NCBI GenBank assembly: GCA_002245135.1
Contig: NGBS01000007.1
Coordinates: 1 to 64,000, forward strand
Length of the DNA: 64,000 bases
From: Proteromonas lacertae
Taxonomy: Eukaryota
Direction: 5' to 3'
A program made the position numbers and the translations under genes. Positions 13,301 through 25,453 of the stretch are shown here, in pieces. The notes under the pieces are model-generated. The model made no database searches. It saw nothing but the letters and a program-made list of their open reading frames with translations, and was not told the DNA's origin. The stretch's first letter is position 1; each line of letters begins with the position of its first letter.

Positions 13301-16300
13301 AACTTATGATAAGATTGTTGATGATATTGAGGGAATTGTAGGAAATGATGAAGCTTTTATTATTGCATTTATTGATCAACAGACTGAACCATTTCTTACT
13401 GAATTTGATTCAAAAGGATTATCTAAAGATCAAATATCAATTATTCTAATGGATTTAACAACAAGAGTCTATTTAAATGCAAACAATTTGACTGTATTTT
13501 ATGGTTGCTATTTTTTCACATCTTATTCAACAGAAGGAACTTCGTTATTAAATACTGCTTTAATCCAAACAGTAACAAACTATAAAGGAAATCCATTGCA
13601 ATTATTGGATGATGTAACAATGGCATTTTACAACTCATATTTATTTATGAAAGCAGCAATAGGAGTTAATTCAAATGATTTGAGCAGTTATACAATAAAG
13701 TCATATTTCTATTCGCATCCTGTTGATACTCCTGTTGGACCATTGAATTTAGAAACATCGAATTATGTTGATATTTATCCACACATATTGTTATATTTGA
13801 ATGATAGTCAACCTATTATAGCTAAAATGACTTCTGCTGTATCTCCACAAGTGTATTATAATCTATTACATGATGATCAATTTATATCAACAGATTATTC
13901 TAAGAATCCACCAGATATTCAAACAAAAATTAATTATATTGGATTAGCTTTTATGATGAATATCGATGATCGAGTTCATTATCATGCTTATATTGATTTT
14001 GCCTTAGCAATTCAAGAAATTGAGAAATATAATAGTGAGGGAGGAATAAAAGAATACAAAATTAGATATGAATTATATAATTGTCCTACTACAGAAGAAA
14101 AAGCTGCTGGTTTGTTGATAAATATGAAAGTTAGAGGGTTTACTTACATAATTGGTGGTTGTGGACCAGAAACAAAACAGCTTATCCAAAAATCAATTAA
14201 ATCTATCGATATGATTTTATTTTATACCGAACTTAATCCTGGTAAAGAATGTTTACAAAATATTATTTATACAACACTTTCTCCATATCAAGAGATATAT
14301 CCTATTGCTCTTAGATTGTTATATGAAAGAGTAACAAATCCAATATTCGTATATGAAGATTCTTCATATTTAGCTTCAAGAGTTGAATTAATGAGATCTA
14401 TATACACTGGATTTGATGTAAATATAGAATTAGAATTTGCAATAAATACTGAGAATTACCAACAATCTATTATAGATTCAGTAGAACAGTTGAGGAAAAG
14501 AATAGTAATGACATCACATATAATATTGTTATTACAATATGAAAGAGTTGATTATTTCCTTGAAATGTTTTATAAGAAAGTATGTGATATAAATGGAATG
14601 AGTTTAGATGATTGTATTAATACTTATTCAATTTATATTATTGATGAAAGCCAAAGTGTTTATAATGGAGAATATGCAAGAGGAAGAACTGTTTATTCTG
14701 CCTTTATGAATGATGGTTCTGAAGATTTCTTGAAATTCTATGAAGATTCACATAATGTTGGTGGTTCAAAGTTTAATCCTAATTTTTATGATTCATTTTC
14801 TTCTATTGAAACTGATTTTCTGTTGACTTCGATGAAGAATGCATTATCTGTGTCATTATCAGATATAAGAAAACAAATTTATGTAACATCCATGAATTCT
14901 GCAGTTGGTTTAGTTGAAATAGATTCAGGTAATCATGTGATTGATGCTCTATCGATTGGTTATGTTCAGAAAGATGGAACAGTTAAATATCAAGAGACTT
15001 TGACAAAAACATGGGAAACAAATACATATAGAACTACTTTGAATATGAAGGAATATGAATATTGTGATTGGAATCCATCAACTCCTACAGAAGAACAAGG
15101 AAGTGAAAAGATACAAGAAGTTGTAAATATCGGAGTTGTTATACCAATTAGTTCATATTTTATTGAAGAAGGAATTTCATTTATTGCTTCATTATATGCT
15201 GGTTCTGTTGATATTAATAAAAATGGAGGAATAGAAGGAAAGAGATTGAATTTTATATTCTTCTCTGATGGAAATGATCCAGAGATAGCAGCTGATAATA
15301 TGAAGAAATATATTGATGAATATGGAATAAGTGCATTTGTTGGTGGATGGACTACTGAAGTAAGAAAAAGACTAGGTGAAGTTGCTGTTGAAAAGAATGT
15401 TTATATGTTTTATCCACCTGATTATACTGGTGATGTTTGCCAATTTAATGGAATATTCTTTGGTGCTCCACCAGTTTTATATTACATTTTATATCCTTGG
15501 ATTCTAGCTCATAAAATAGGTAAATTGATTTTGATCTATTCAACCACTGAGTATTCTACAACATTTGCTAATTCTTTACAGACTGAATTAGGTTATTATG
15601 CTACTCAATTTGATTATATTTATTCAATTCCACCTGAAAATAGTGATGTCTCTTCTATTATAGAAATTATAAAAACTGTAGCTCCAGAAGGAGCACTTAA
15701 TTATCTCAATATTAGATGGTGATTCAGCAATTAATTTACTCTCACAAATGTATGATGCAGAAATGTCATCTGAAAAGTATGTTGTAATGACTAGAGGTAT
15801 TGTTAGAAAAAAAGTAAATGAAATTGGTATAAAAGCAGCTGGACATTATAAAATTGATTCTTTAGATTTAAATTATGATAATCAAGAAGTACAAAAAATA
15901 ATTGCTAATGAAGTTGAACATTTATCAAATTATTTTACCTATTTGACTGATATTACACCAGTTATGGCAAGAGGTTATTCAATGGTATTGTTCTTAAAGG
16001 AAGTGTTAAGACAAATGATTGTCTACAATGATGATAATATAGGACATTATATTTATAATACAACAGTAATGTCTACTATTGGAAGTTTAGAAATAAATGA
16101 AAATAATAATGTTAGAGTTCCAATAATTATTCATCAAATGACTTATAAAAATGGTAATGTTGAATTTAAACAAACATATGAAAGTAGTTTAATTCAAAGT
16201 GATCCTTATTATTCAATCTATAGAGATGATACAACAATGAAGAAATGTGTAGCTGAATATAATCAATTATTGGATGTAAAAGTAATGAAATTTGGTCTAT

Positions 16301-19300
16301 TCTTCTCCACTACTGGTTCATTAGCTGAAGTTCATAGACCTGTAATTTATGGTGCAATTATTGCTATTCAAGAAATATTAGATGCAGGAGGTGTATTAGG
16401 AATATTACCAGTGGTTGTATTAACTGATTATGCATCTGATGCTTCATTAATTGATGGATTAGCTGAAGATTTATTCTCTGATCCTTTAGTATCTGTCGTT
16501 ATTGGATGTTATGATACTGATTGTAGAGATATATTAGAACCATATGCTAAACCATATGATGCTATTTATTTCTATCCAAGAAAATCTGTTGGTGAACAAT
16601 GTGATAAATATACTTACTACATTGGTCCAGCTCCAAATCAATATGTTGCACAGGTATTGGAATATTTAATTACACTATCAGTCGATAAGAGTTTAGTGAT
16701 GATAAGAACATCTGATGATGATGCAAATACATTATCAAGAATAGTGAAATATGAAGCTGATGGTTTATTTGTAGTTAAAGATAATATAATGATTAATACA
16801 ACTAATCCAATCACAAATGATTTGATTATTCGAATTAAAGGTATGTTACCAATTGGTGGTGTTATAATGTTAATGATAAACGATCAACAAGATTTACAGA
16901 CATTTTTAAGAACTTATAATAATTTAGGAATTGATCCAACACATTATCCAATCGTTGATGTTATGTCTGAAGTGGATCATTATGAACAGTTTGATGCACA
17001 TTTAAGAGCTAATGTCTACTTATTAAATAGTTATTTTTATGATATTAATAATGAAGCAAATACAAATTTCTTAAAAAGATCAAAAGATTATACAACAATT
17101 GAAAAACCAACAGCTGGTACAAATGCAGCGTATGGTGCAGTACAATTTCTTCTACAAGCACTGAAAGATACTGGTGAAGTGAATATTACAGAGATAAGGA
17201 TCAGGTTAATGACAACATCAATCACAGATGGAACAGGTGTTATTACGTTAAGTGAAGCTCATTACCCAAATCTACCAATATTTATAGCAAAATATAACTC
17301 AGATGGAAGTGATATAAAGACAGTTTCAGAGAATTTCAATTTACAATCACCTCAAGCATGGAATTGGGATTTAACAGAAAGTTATGGAAAGAAATGCAAT
17401 TGGTTACCTGAAAAAGAAGATAGTTTCTATGATGTTAATGCTGTTAGATTAGTTTTAATTGCTACAATCACTGGAGGATTATCTGAAGCTGCATTAGGTG
17501 CTGTTGATGCTTTTAAATTAGCAACCAATGAATTGAATGGTAAAGGAGGAGTAAGAGGATATACAATTAAACCAGAAATTGTTGATACACAATCAAATTC
17601 AGATGAATGTGTTAGTTTATTAACAAATTATGTGAATAATTATAAACCACCAGCTATATTCTTCGTAGGAAATGAAAAATGTAGAAATTCTGTTCAAAAT
17701 TTATTGAAGGAAAATAATGTTATGTTATTCCATTTCTTCCAACAAGATTTAGGTTATTGTAATGAAAATGTGATGATTGCATGTCACCATATATCTTTGG
17801 ATAAACCATTGATAAATGCAGTTCGAAATAGATTATACAATGAAATATTAATTATAGCTGGTGATAGTTATTTTGAAGATAGTGGTGAATATATCAAAAC
17901 ACTATTAGATGAAACAAAAGTGCCAAATACTTACTTTAGTAGTGTTGATGAAAATGTGGCAAATAAGATTAAAGAATGGTATGATAAGAATGTTACAAAT
18001 GTTGCAATTATCTACAGAGGTTTCTTTGATGGTTTTGATTTTATAGAAAAGAATTTGACATATTATAATTTAACTGAACCAAGAGTCAGATTAATAGTAA
18101 TAGAACCAACCAGTACAATTTATCTATCAGAATATAGAAATTATGAAGTGTTTGAAGCATATAGATCAAGTGATGATTTTGAAGAGAATGATGCATTTGC
18201 AGATAAGATGAATGCAAGAATAAATAAAGCAACAACCACTGTTACTGATATTACATCAGCTTTATATTCGAGTGTGTTGTTATGGGCAAATTCAGCTGAA
18301 GAATCAGATAGTTTTTTACCTTCAAAAGTAAGAGTTAAGATTAATACAGTTGTGTTTAAAAGTCCAGAAGGTGAAGTGAAATTTGGTGTTAATAATTATT
18401 TAACAAGAACAATTGCAGATTCTTATATAGATGAAAATGGTGAGAATGAATTATTACATTACACTCAATATATGCATACTCCAGATGCATTTGGTAATGA
18501 TTTAAATGGTGGAATATTTAAATTGTGTAACTTTGATGATATTACAATAGAAGATGGAAGAGAAGTAAATACATATGTGATTGGTATTATTTTATCATTT
18601 ACTGGAGCATTAAGAGAAAGTGAAAGTTCAGTTTTTGATGCAATTTTATCAGCTATTATCTATATGAACAATCAAGATAAAGTATTAGGATATTATTTGA
18701 ATTATAAAGTGTATGATATTGCTTCAGATCCAAACAATTATGCTATTCAATTAAAGAAAGCATTTGATACAGATGGAATAAAATATATATTTGGAGGTGT
18801 TAATCCTGATCATTATGATTATATAGCCAATTATATGAATGGAAGATCTGAATATTTCTTTTTCTGTGGTTATACTTATAGTATAACTTGTCCATCCCAT
18901 GTTATATCTGCCCAATTATTACCATCTCAAATAGCTGAAAGCGCAATTAGAAAAGCGATGGAAGAAGCAACATCAATGGTTCTTATCTATTCGTCAAGTA
19001 ATTTAACATCAACAGTAAATGAATTTATATCATCTCGAATGGGTAATTTGAATTTGTTGTTGATGGGTAATATTCTATATGACGATAGTTCAAATGCTCA
19101 ACTAATCGAAAGATTATCAATAGCTAATAGTGGTGGTTATATAATAGCTACATTAGATTCAAAAGAGAAATATATATCATTATATAAAGATTTATGCTCA
19201 TTTGGAATGCTTCCTCCAAATTGGGTTGTTTTGGCAACAATGTTTGATGAGAATATATTATATGAAGTAGATACAAAGTGTTTGAATGGAAATGAAGTAA

Positions 19301-22005
19301 TTGGATCATATTTTGAATCAGTTGGTAATTCTGAAACTAATAGTTTTTCAGTTCCATATTTATCTTCCATATTTAATGAAGAAATTCATATTAATATTGG
19401 CAGTAATAAGTATATAAGATCAGAATATGAATCAGCCTATTCTTTAATGCAATATTGGAAAACACTCATAACAAATGCCAATAGTTTTGATATATCTACC
19501 TTTGAACTATTATATGATTATTATGTAGATACACCATCAACATCAGTTGAATTAGAAGAGAATAATTTCATGAAAAGAATAGTTTATAGTGGTAAAATCA
19601 ACAATAGAGTAATCAGTATTAATTGGATGCCTACTTCATACATTGAGCCAATTCTTTATAATCAATGGGAAGGAGATTTGAGAGGATATACTTGTGATTG
19701 GAATAATGAACTTAGTAATACAAGGAGACAATTGCAAGATAATGGTAATACTGGTGATAATACAAATAATAAAATTGGTCCAATGCATAACAATAATCCA
19801 ATTCATGTTGCATTTATACATGAAAGTGATATTGGTACTCAAAGTGAGAAGTATAATCTATTGATTCAGAATATAGCAATTGATGAAATTAATGATGGAA
19901 ATGGTATTTTAGGTAGATTATTAATTCCAGATCATTATTTTGTAATGTCTTCCAAAGTATATTCACAATTAAGAACAATCATATCTGACACTGAGAATTT
20001 GAAAATGATATTTGGTTGTATGTCACCTAAATGTAGAACTGAAGCAGAAAGATATTTAGAAGCCATTAATAGTAATGTATTGTTTGATTATTTAGGAAGA
20101 GATGATGGTTTTGTATGTAGTACATATATTGTTACAACAGGATTAACAATCAATCAAAAGACAGAACCAACATTAGATTATATACATTCAATGGGATTAT
20201 TGGATTTAATGGTAATAGGTAATAGTGAAAATTCAACAGTAATAATGTCTGAAGTAGTAGAAAGACAAGCAGTGAAATTAGGAATAAATTTCTTAGGATC
20301 ACAATTATTTTCACCATATAATCCAGTGGAACTATCAACAATTATTAATGTATTAGAAGAAATGTTTTCTAAAGCTGAAAGATTTATAATAATTGATTTA
20401 TTTGCTGGAGGTGAACAAGAGAAATTCTTAACAGAATACTTCGCTGCTACTACCATAAATAGAGATTCAATAACATTATTCTTGTTGAATTATGATGCTC
20501 ATGATGTATCTTCATCAAACATTAACTCTTTATCTGGTTCATATATTGTTTCAAGTTATAATGCTGTGATAAAAAGTACAACTGCTGGAGCATTTTCAAC
20601 ATCAGTTCAACAGATATATCAGAATGCAATTACATTAGGTGAAATATTAGAAACAAGTTACAGTTCAATATACTTATGGAAAGCTGCAGTAGAATATGCT
20701 AAAAGTAATGGTGATTCTAATGATGAATGGCCTGATTATAGATATGTAAGATTAAGTATGAAATATGTGAGTTATGATGGTCCAGGTGGTACAATGACAA
20801 TGCAATATAACAATCATGCAAAGAGACAGATTTACATATTTAGAATGTCAGGAACAAATCGTATTCAAGTATTTCCAAATCAAGGAAGAGCTGCTTCATT
20901 TGATGCAAAATTGACATATATGAGTGATGAAGATTGTAATTTAGGTAAGAATATCGTTTTATATGAGTTTAACTCTGCTTTACAATGGACTGTAATTGTA
21001 TTTATGATTGTTGTAATGCTTTGTGCAATTGGTATAACAGGGATTATATTAATGTTTAGAACATTCTAAAAGTAATCCAATAGTGCTTCACCATTATTTT
21101 TATGTTATACACTTTTAGGTGTGATTTTACTAAGTGTTAGTGGTATGATATTTACATTATATCCGAATGATGTAGTTTGTGCAATGAGAGTATGGTGGTT
21201 AGCTTTATCAGTTGATTTCTTATTCAGTATATTGTTCTGTAAAGCATGGAGAATTCATAAATTATTCAATAACAAAGAAATGAAAAGGGTAAAAATTTCA
21301 AATATGATGTTAGTTAAAATTATAGCAATTATCGAATTAGTTCAAGCATTATATTTGATGATTTGGTGGTTAGTTGATAGAGCAGAATATACTGAAACTT
21401 TTAGTGTTGATTATTCCAATTATTTAGATGATTATTACATTAGAGAATGCACAGCCAATGATATATTCACTTATATCGAAATTGTTGGAGTTGTATTACT
21501 ATTTTTATGGGGAGCTAAATTAGCTTGGGATACAAGAAAAGCATCATCAGAGTTTAATGAATCAATCAGTTTAGCATCCACAATTGTGTTGATGATTATT
21601 TTAGGTATATTGGAAATTCCATTGAATGTATTAATGGAGAAACAACCTGATACATTGTTAATGTTAAGAGGTTTAGGTGTAGAATTAGGATCATTTGCAA
21701 CTTTGATTTTACAATTTGCATCAAAGTTAACATACTTATGGGTGAATGTAGTTCAAAATAGTACAACATTAGGTGGATCTTCAAGCTTATCATCAGCCAA
21801 TTCAAAGAGATCAAGAAGTTTAGCAAGGAAAGGAGCAACTAGAGGAAGATTTTCTGTAAAACCTGATGTATTTAATTGTGGAGATATTGGTTTATGTACT
21901 TTATCAATGCCTGATTTGTTTTATATACTTGGTGAAAGTAATTCTATGATGAGATCATCATCTCAAATGTCTGGAAGACATACTTCAACATCAAGGATGG
22001 GTTAG
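10352..22005 (+). CDS. Giant class C (GABA-B-like) GPCR, about 3,850 aa: signal peptide, 9 tandem AmiC/UrtA-like Venus-flytrap domains, 7TM and Ser-rich tail
   Basis: Starts MNNRYLYLFVIFCVEVVG. Introns at 10728-10753, 11250-11279 and 12328-12362. A 1-nt insertion near 15698 and short indels at about 21061-21080 interrupt the frame. The 7TM region (about 20980-21740) has class C motifs SASPLFL, CAMRVWWLAL...LFCKAWRIHKLF and AWDTRKASSEFNES. Repeat 6 is strongly AmiC-like: FGLFFSTTG...GGVLG...IGCY...YIGPAPNQ. Confidence 0.9.
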
Positions 22006-22284
22006 TTTTTTATATATTCTAAATGAAGTGTTTAATATTTCATAGATCTAGTAATTTTATAGAATATAGAAGTAGTGTTGTGATTTGTAAATAATAATAC
22101 CTGTTATTATTTGCTTTTCGTTATTATTTATTCTTATTTGTGAGAAATAATTAATAATTCATAACTATCTCCTGAGATTTTTTAAAAATTTTATTATCTC
22201 TTCTCTCACATATACAAACACAACATAATATATACACACACAAAGATAAGTTATAAATGCATCTTAAATTATTCAAACTAACAA

Positions 22285-23169
22285 CTAAGTTAACAAGAGT
22301 GGTAGAAATATTTCATTTGTAAATGATTTACAATATGGAGGGGTTTTCACTAACTCTATATTACTGACTATTCGATTCCACATCATTTCATATACTCTTC
22401 CACATACATATCCAGGATCATTTCTAATATACGATTTATTATAATTATTAACAGACCATTGCTCCATATTATTCAAAAGTGAAATATATTCATCTTTAGA
22501 ACGAATCTTCAAAGAGTTTGCATTAACAAAGAATGAACTACAACACGGATAAGAAAATTTTGTAGGTATTTCTGAAGGAATAGAAGTGTTCTTAAATAAA
22601 TCAACAAAAATACTTGATAATACATTACCTTTTAATGTTGGACAATAATTCCAAACACATTCAATACCTCCATATAATTCTTTTGATAAATAATTACTAT
22701 AAGAATTTAACAGTTCTCCAATCATTCTTTCTATGGGTTGAATATAATGCCAAGATTTTGAATGTCCATGAATAAAAATATAATTTTCAGCTAATGGCAC
22801 GTCATAATTGTCAATAATAAATTTTATGTAAGGGCCAGACTCTTTACATTGATAGTTCTTTTTTTCTTTATCACATGATAATTTAATCACTGGAAGGTTT
22901 AAGTAATTTAATTTGAAAACCTTATCATCACATGATGAATATAGAATCATCACTCTATGCTTGGGTTTTACGGATTGTGTTGTGTTTATCTGATTCAATG
23001 TATCCTGTAACTGTGTATTATTTTGTAAATAAAATACTTCGTTTATACTACCACTTGTCCTGTTATACTTCATCTTCTTATAATGAGCTGAATACCCTTC
23101 TTTAAACAAATAATATGAAAGAATTATAAATGAAATAATAATAACTATTGAAAACAACACAAAATTCAT
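22285..23169 (-). CDS. DUF3431-like type II membrane protein
   Basis: Intronless 294-aa ORF with an N-terminal TM and the motifs ESGPYIKFIIDNY...YIFIHGH...WH, CCSSFFV...I..RS and GRVYEMMW. Confidence 0.7.
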   Translation of the reverse strand: MNFVLFSIVIIISFIILSYYLFKEGYSAHYKKMKYNRTSGSINEVFYLQNNTQLQDTLNQINTTQSVKPKHRVMILYSSCDDKVFKLNYLNLPVIKLSCDKEKKNYQCKESGPYIKFIIDNYDVPLAENYIFIHGHSKSWHYIQPIERMIGELLNSYSNYLSKELYGGIECVWNYCPTLKGNVLSSIFVDLFKNTSIPSEIPTKFSYPCCSSFFVNANSLKIRSKDEYISLLNNMEQWSVNNYNKSYIRNDPGYVCGRVYEMMWNRIVSNIELVKTPPYCKSFTNEIFLPLLLT

Positions 23170-23296
23170 AGTAGCTATTAAATAAATTAATAAATGTACA
23201 ATCGTCTAAACAACCATCGATTGTTTATATTTTATTTATTTCATTAAAAACAACAATAAATACAAAAAATAAGTAAATAATAATAACAATAATAAT

Positions 23297-24466
23297 CTAT
23301 TGACAAAGCCTAAATAATTTAATCAATTCATCAGAAACAGCAGAGGGAGTAAATACACCCTGATCAGTCAGTAATAGAGTTATATATTGTGGTGGCGTAT
23401 AATCTTGTAGAACACATACCTGATCAACTAATTTTTCTTCTTCTACAGCCTTCTCTTCTTTATTGTATCTTTTATTCAAATCCTGAACAAATCTATCAGG
23501 TTTAAATGTATATTCTTTATTAGCACCGTGTGGAAGATCAGTCTGAGATAATGGAAATAGTGTAACAAATTTTGAACTTTCTATTAATAACATTATACAT
23601 ATATAAAAATATACCTGTAACAACATACACTGGTTTATTCAATGCCTTTGCAATTATTGATATTTGATAACTTCCAATTCTATTAATAATACCTCCACTT
23701 TCTGACACACAAGTAGCGCCAAAAAACACCATATCAATTTTATCCATATAATAACCAACAGAACAATCTAATATTATATCAACAGTGATATTCTTGCTAT
23801 TAGGATTATTTGAGAGTAATTCATCCATTATTTTAATACCATGACCTCCTGGTCTTCCTTCTGTAGCTAAAACATGAAAACGTTTCGTTTTTGATGCATG
23901 TACAAGTAATGCAATTACAACACGACTATAACCATGAACTAATATTGTCTATTAACCAAATAATAATTTGAAGAATAATATACAGAATTGTTTAAAATAA
24001 AATCTTCTCCATATTGACAGATCTTTCCTTTACTAAGAGCAGATTCTTCTGCTAATGTCTTTGCACGGGTTTTAAGAACATTAATAGCTTCATCTGGATT
24101 TACTATATCATTTGCTTTTATCATTACATATCTCTTGAATATTTCACAACCAGTTTCTACAGATAGTTTCTGCAGACCTTCATTTTCCTTTTCTAATGTT
24201 GAAGTTAGTGTCTCAGATAAGGTTCTTAACAAATTTGAAACATCCATGAAAGTTGTAGCTTTATAATTTCTTACAACTACAGATAAACTCTATTCAATTA
24301 AATAAAACAGCCATTATTAAATAAAATTTAATAATACCTGAATAGCGGCACTTGAAGGTGTTGAATCTTTTTGCTCTTTCAAAATAGATTTGTATAAAGG
24401 TACAATTTCTAAAAATCATAATTAATATGGAATACCATCATTAGCTTTCTTGAATTCTTCTTCCAT
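23297..24466 (-). CDS. EIF2B1: Translation initiation factor eIF2B alpha subunit
   Basis: Motifs [33 protein letters not shown] and [30 protein letters not shown], spread over several short-intron exons. Confidence 0.9.
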
Positions 24467-24508
24467 TTCTTTTTGTTTCAAAAATTAGAGTAGTTTCTAT
24501 TTTTCATA

Positions 24509-25363
24509 ATGGATTTGAATTATTGTCAAAAACTGCAATCATTGAAAGATTCACATCAGTATATTATTATTTTATTATTATATGCAGTTTTGCAGTGACA
24601 TTGACATATGCACAAAGTCTTGATGGAAGTATTGCAGTTGACAAGAGTAATATTCTCTTTCTATAATGTATTTAAATAGATTCAGAAACCAAAATAAGTT
24701 GTTTAGAAACATTAAAATTGACACATTATATTCGTTCGATAAATGATTGTATTCTTGTGGGAATAGGAACTATATTAGCTGATAATCCATCGTTAACCAC
24801 TCGATTTATTGAAGGTAAAACACCAAAGCCTGTTATACTAGATTCTAACTTAAGAATTCCACTTGATTCTCGTATTTTGGTTAATCCAGAGTGTGCTCAT
24901 CCAATTTTATTTTGTTCAAAGGGTAATATTAAACTAATATAATGTGAATAGATGCGTTTCATAACCAAACAGATAAAGTAAATCAATTAATTAATTTAGG
25001 TGCTGAAGTGGAATATGTAAACTTGGATGAAAGTAGTCATCTTAAATTTGATGAAATATTTGATAAATTATCAAAATCATATACATCTATAATGATTGAA
25101 GGAGGAAGTGAAGTAATTACTAAGTATTTTATTATTTTTATACAATGAATTAGTTTATTAAATAAATATTCACATTTAATAGATATTATATTAATTACAA
25201 TATCACCACAATTTGTATTTATACATAAGTTATTAATTCTTATAAATAGATTGGTGGATATAGATGTATAAATCGTTTATTGAGTAAGAGCATAGAAGTG
25301 AAGAATAATAAAACAATGGTTGTAGGGAATGATATTGTAATAATGGGATATTTAAATAATTAG
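24509..25363 (+). CDS. RibD C-terminal / RIB7-like pyrimidine reductase
   Basis: Motifs LTYAQSLDGSIA, THYIRS..DCILVGIGTILADNPSLTTR, PVILDSNLRIP and IMIEGGS; multiple tiny introns. Confidence 0.85.
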
Positions 25364-25453
25364 TTTATTAGGTTAATACCTTTAAATAAAAATGTTTATA
25401 AAACAACTTAAATATTATTAATTGTGACAAAATTGTTGATTTTTCTACTTAGA

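Noticed and set aside
21061..21081. Two in-frame TAA codons between TM1 and the rest of the 7TM, suggesting stop-codon reassignment or readthrough
   Set aside because: TAA ends many genes in the window. There is no GT-AG intron here, and three single-base insertions explain the break while restoring a KVI.SASP motif.
1..22005. Bacterial contamination or an ABC-transporter operon as the source of the PBP domains
   Set aside because: The genes have spliceosomal introns and a fused eukaryotic 7TM, there are no permease or ATPase genes, and base composition matches the flanking eukaryotic genes.
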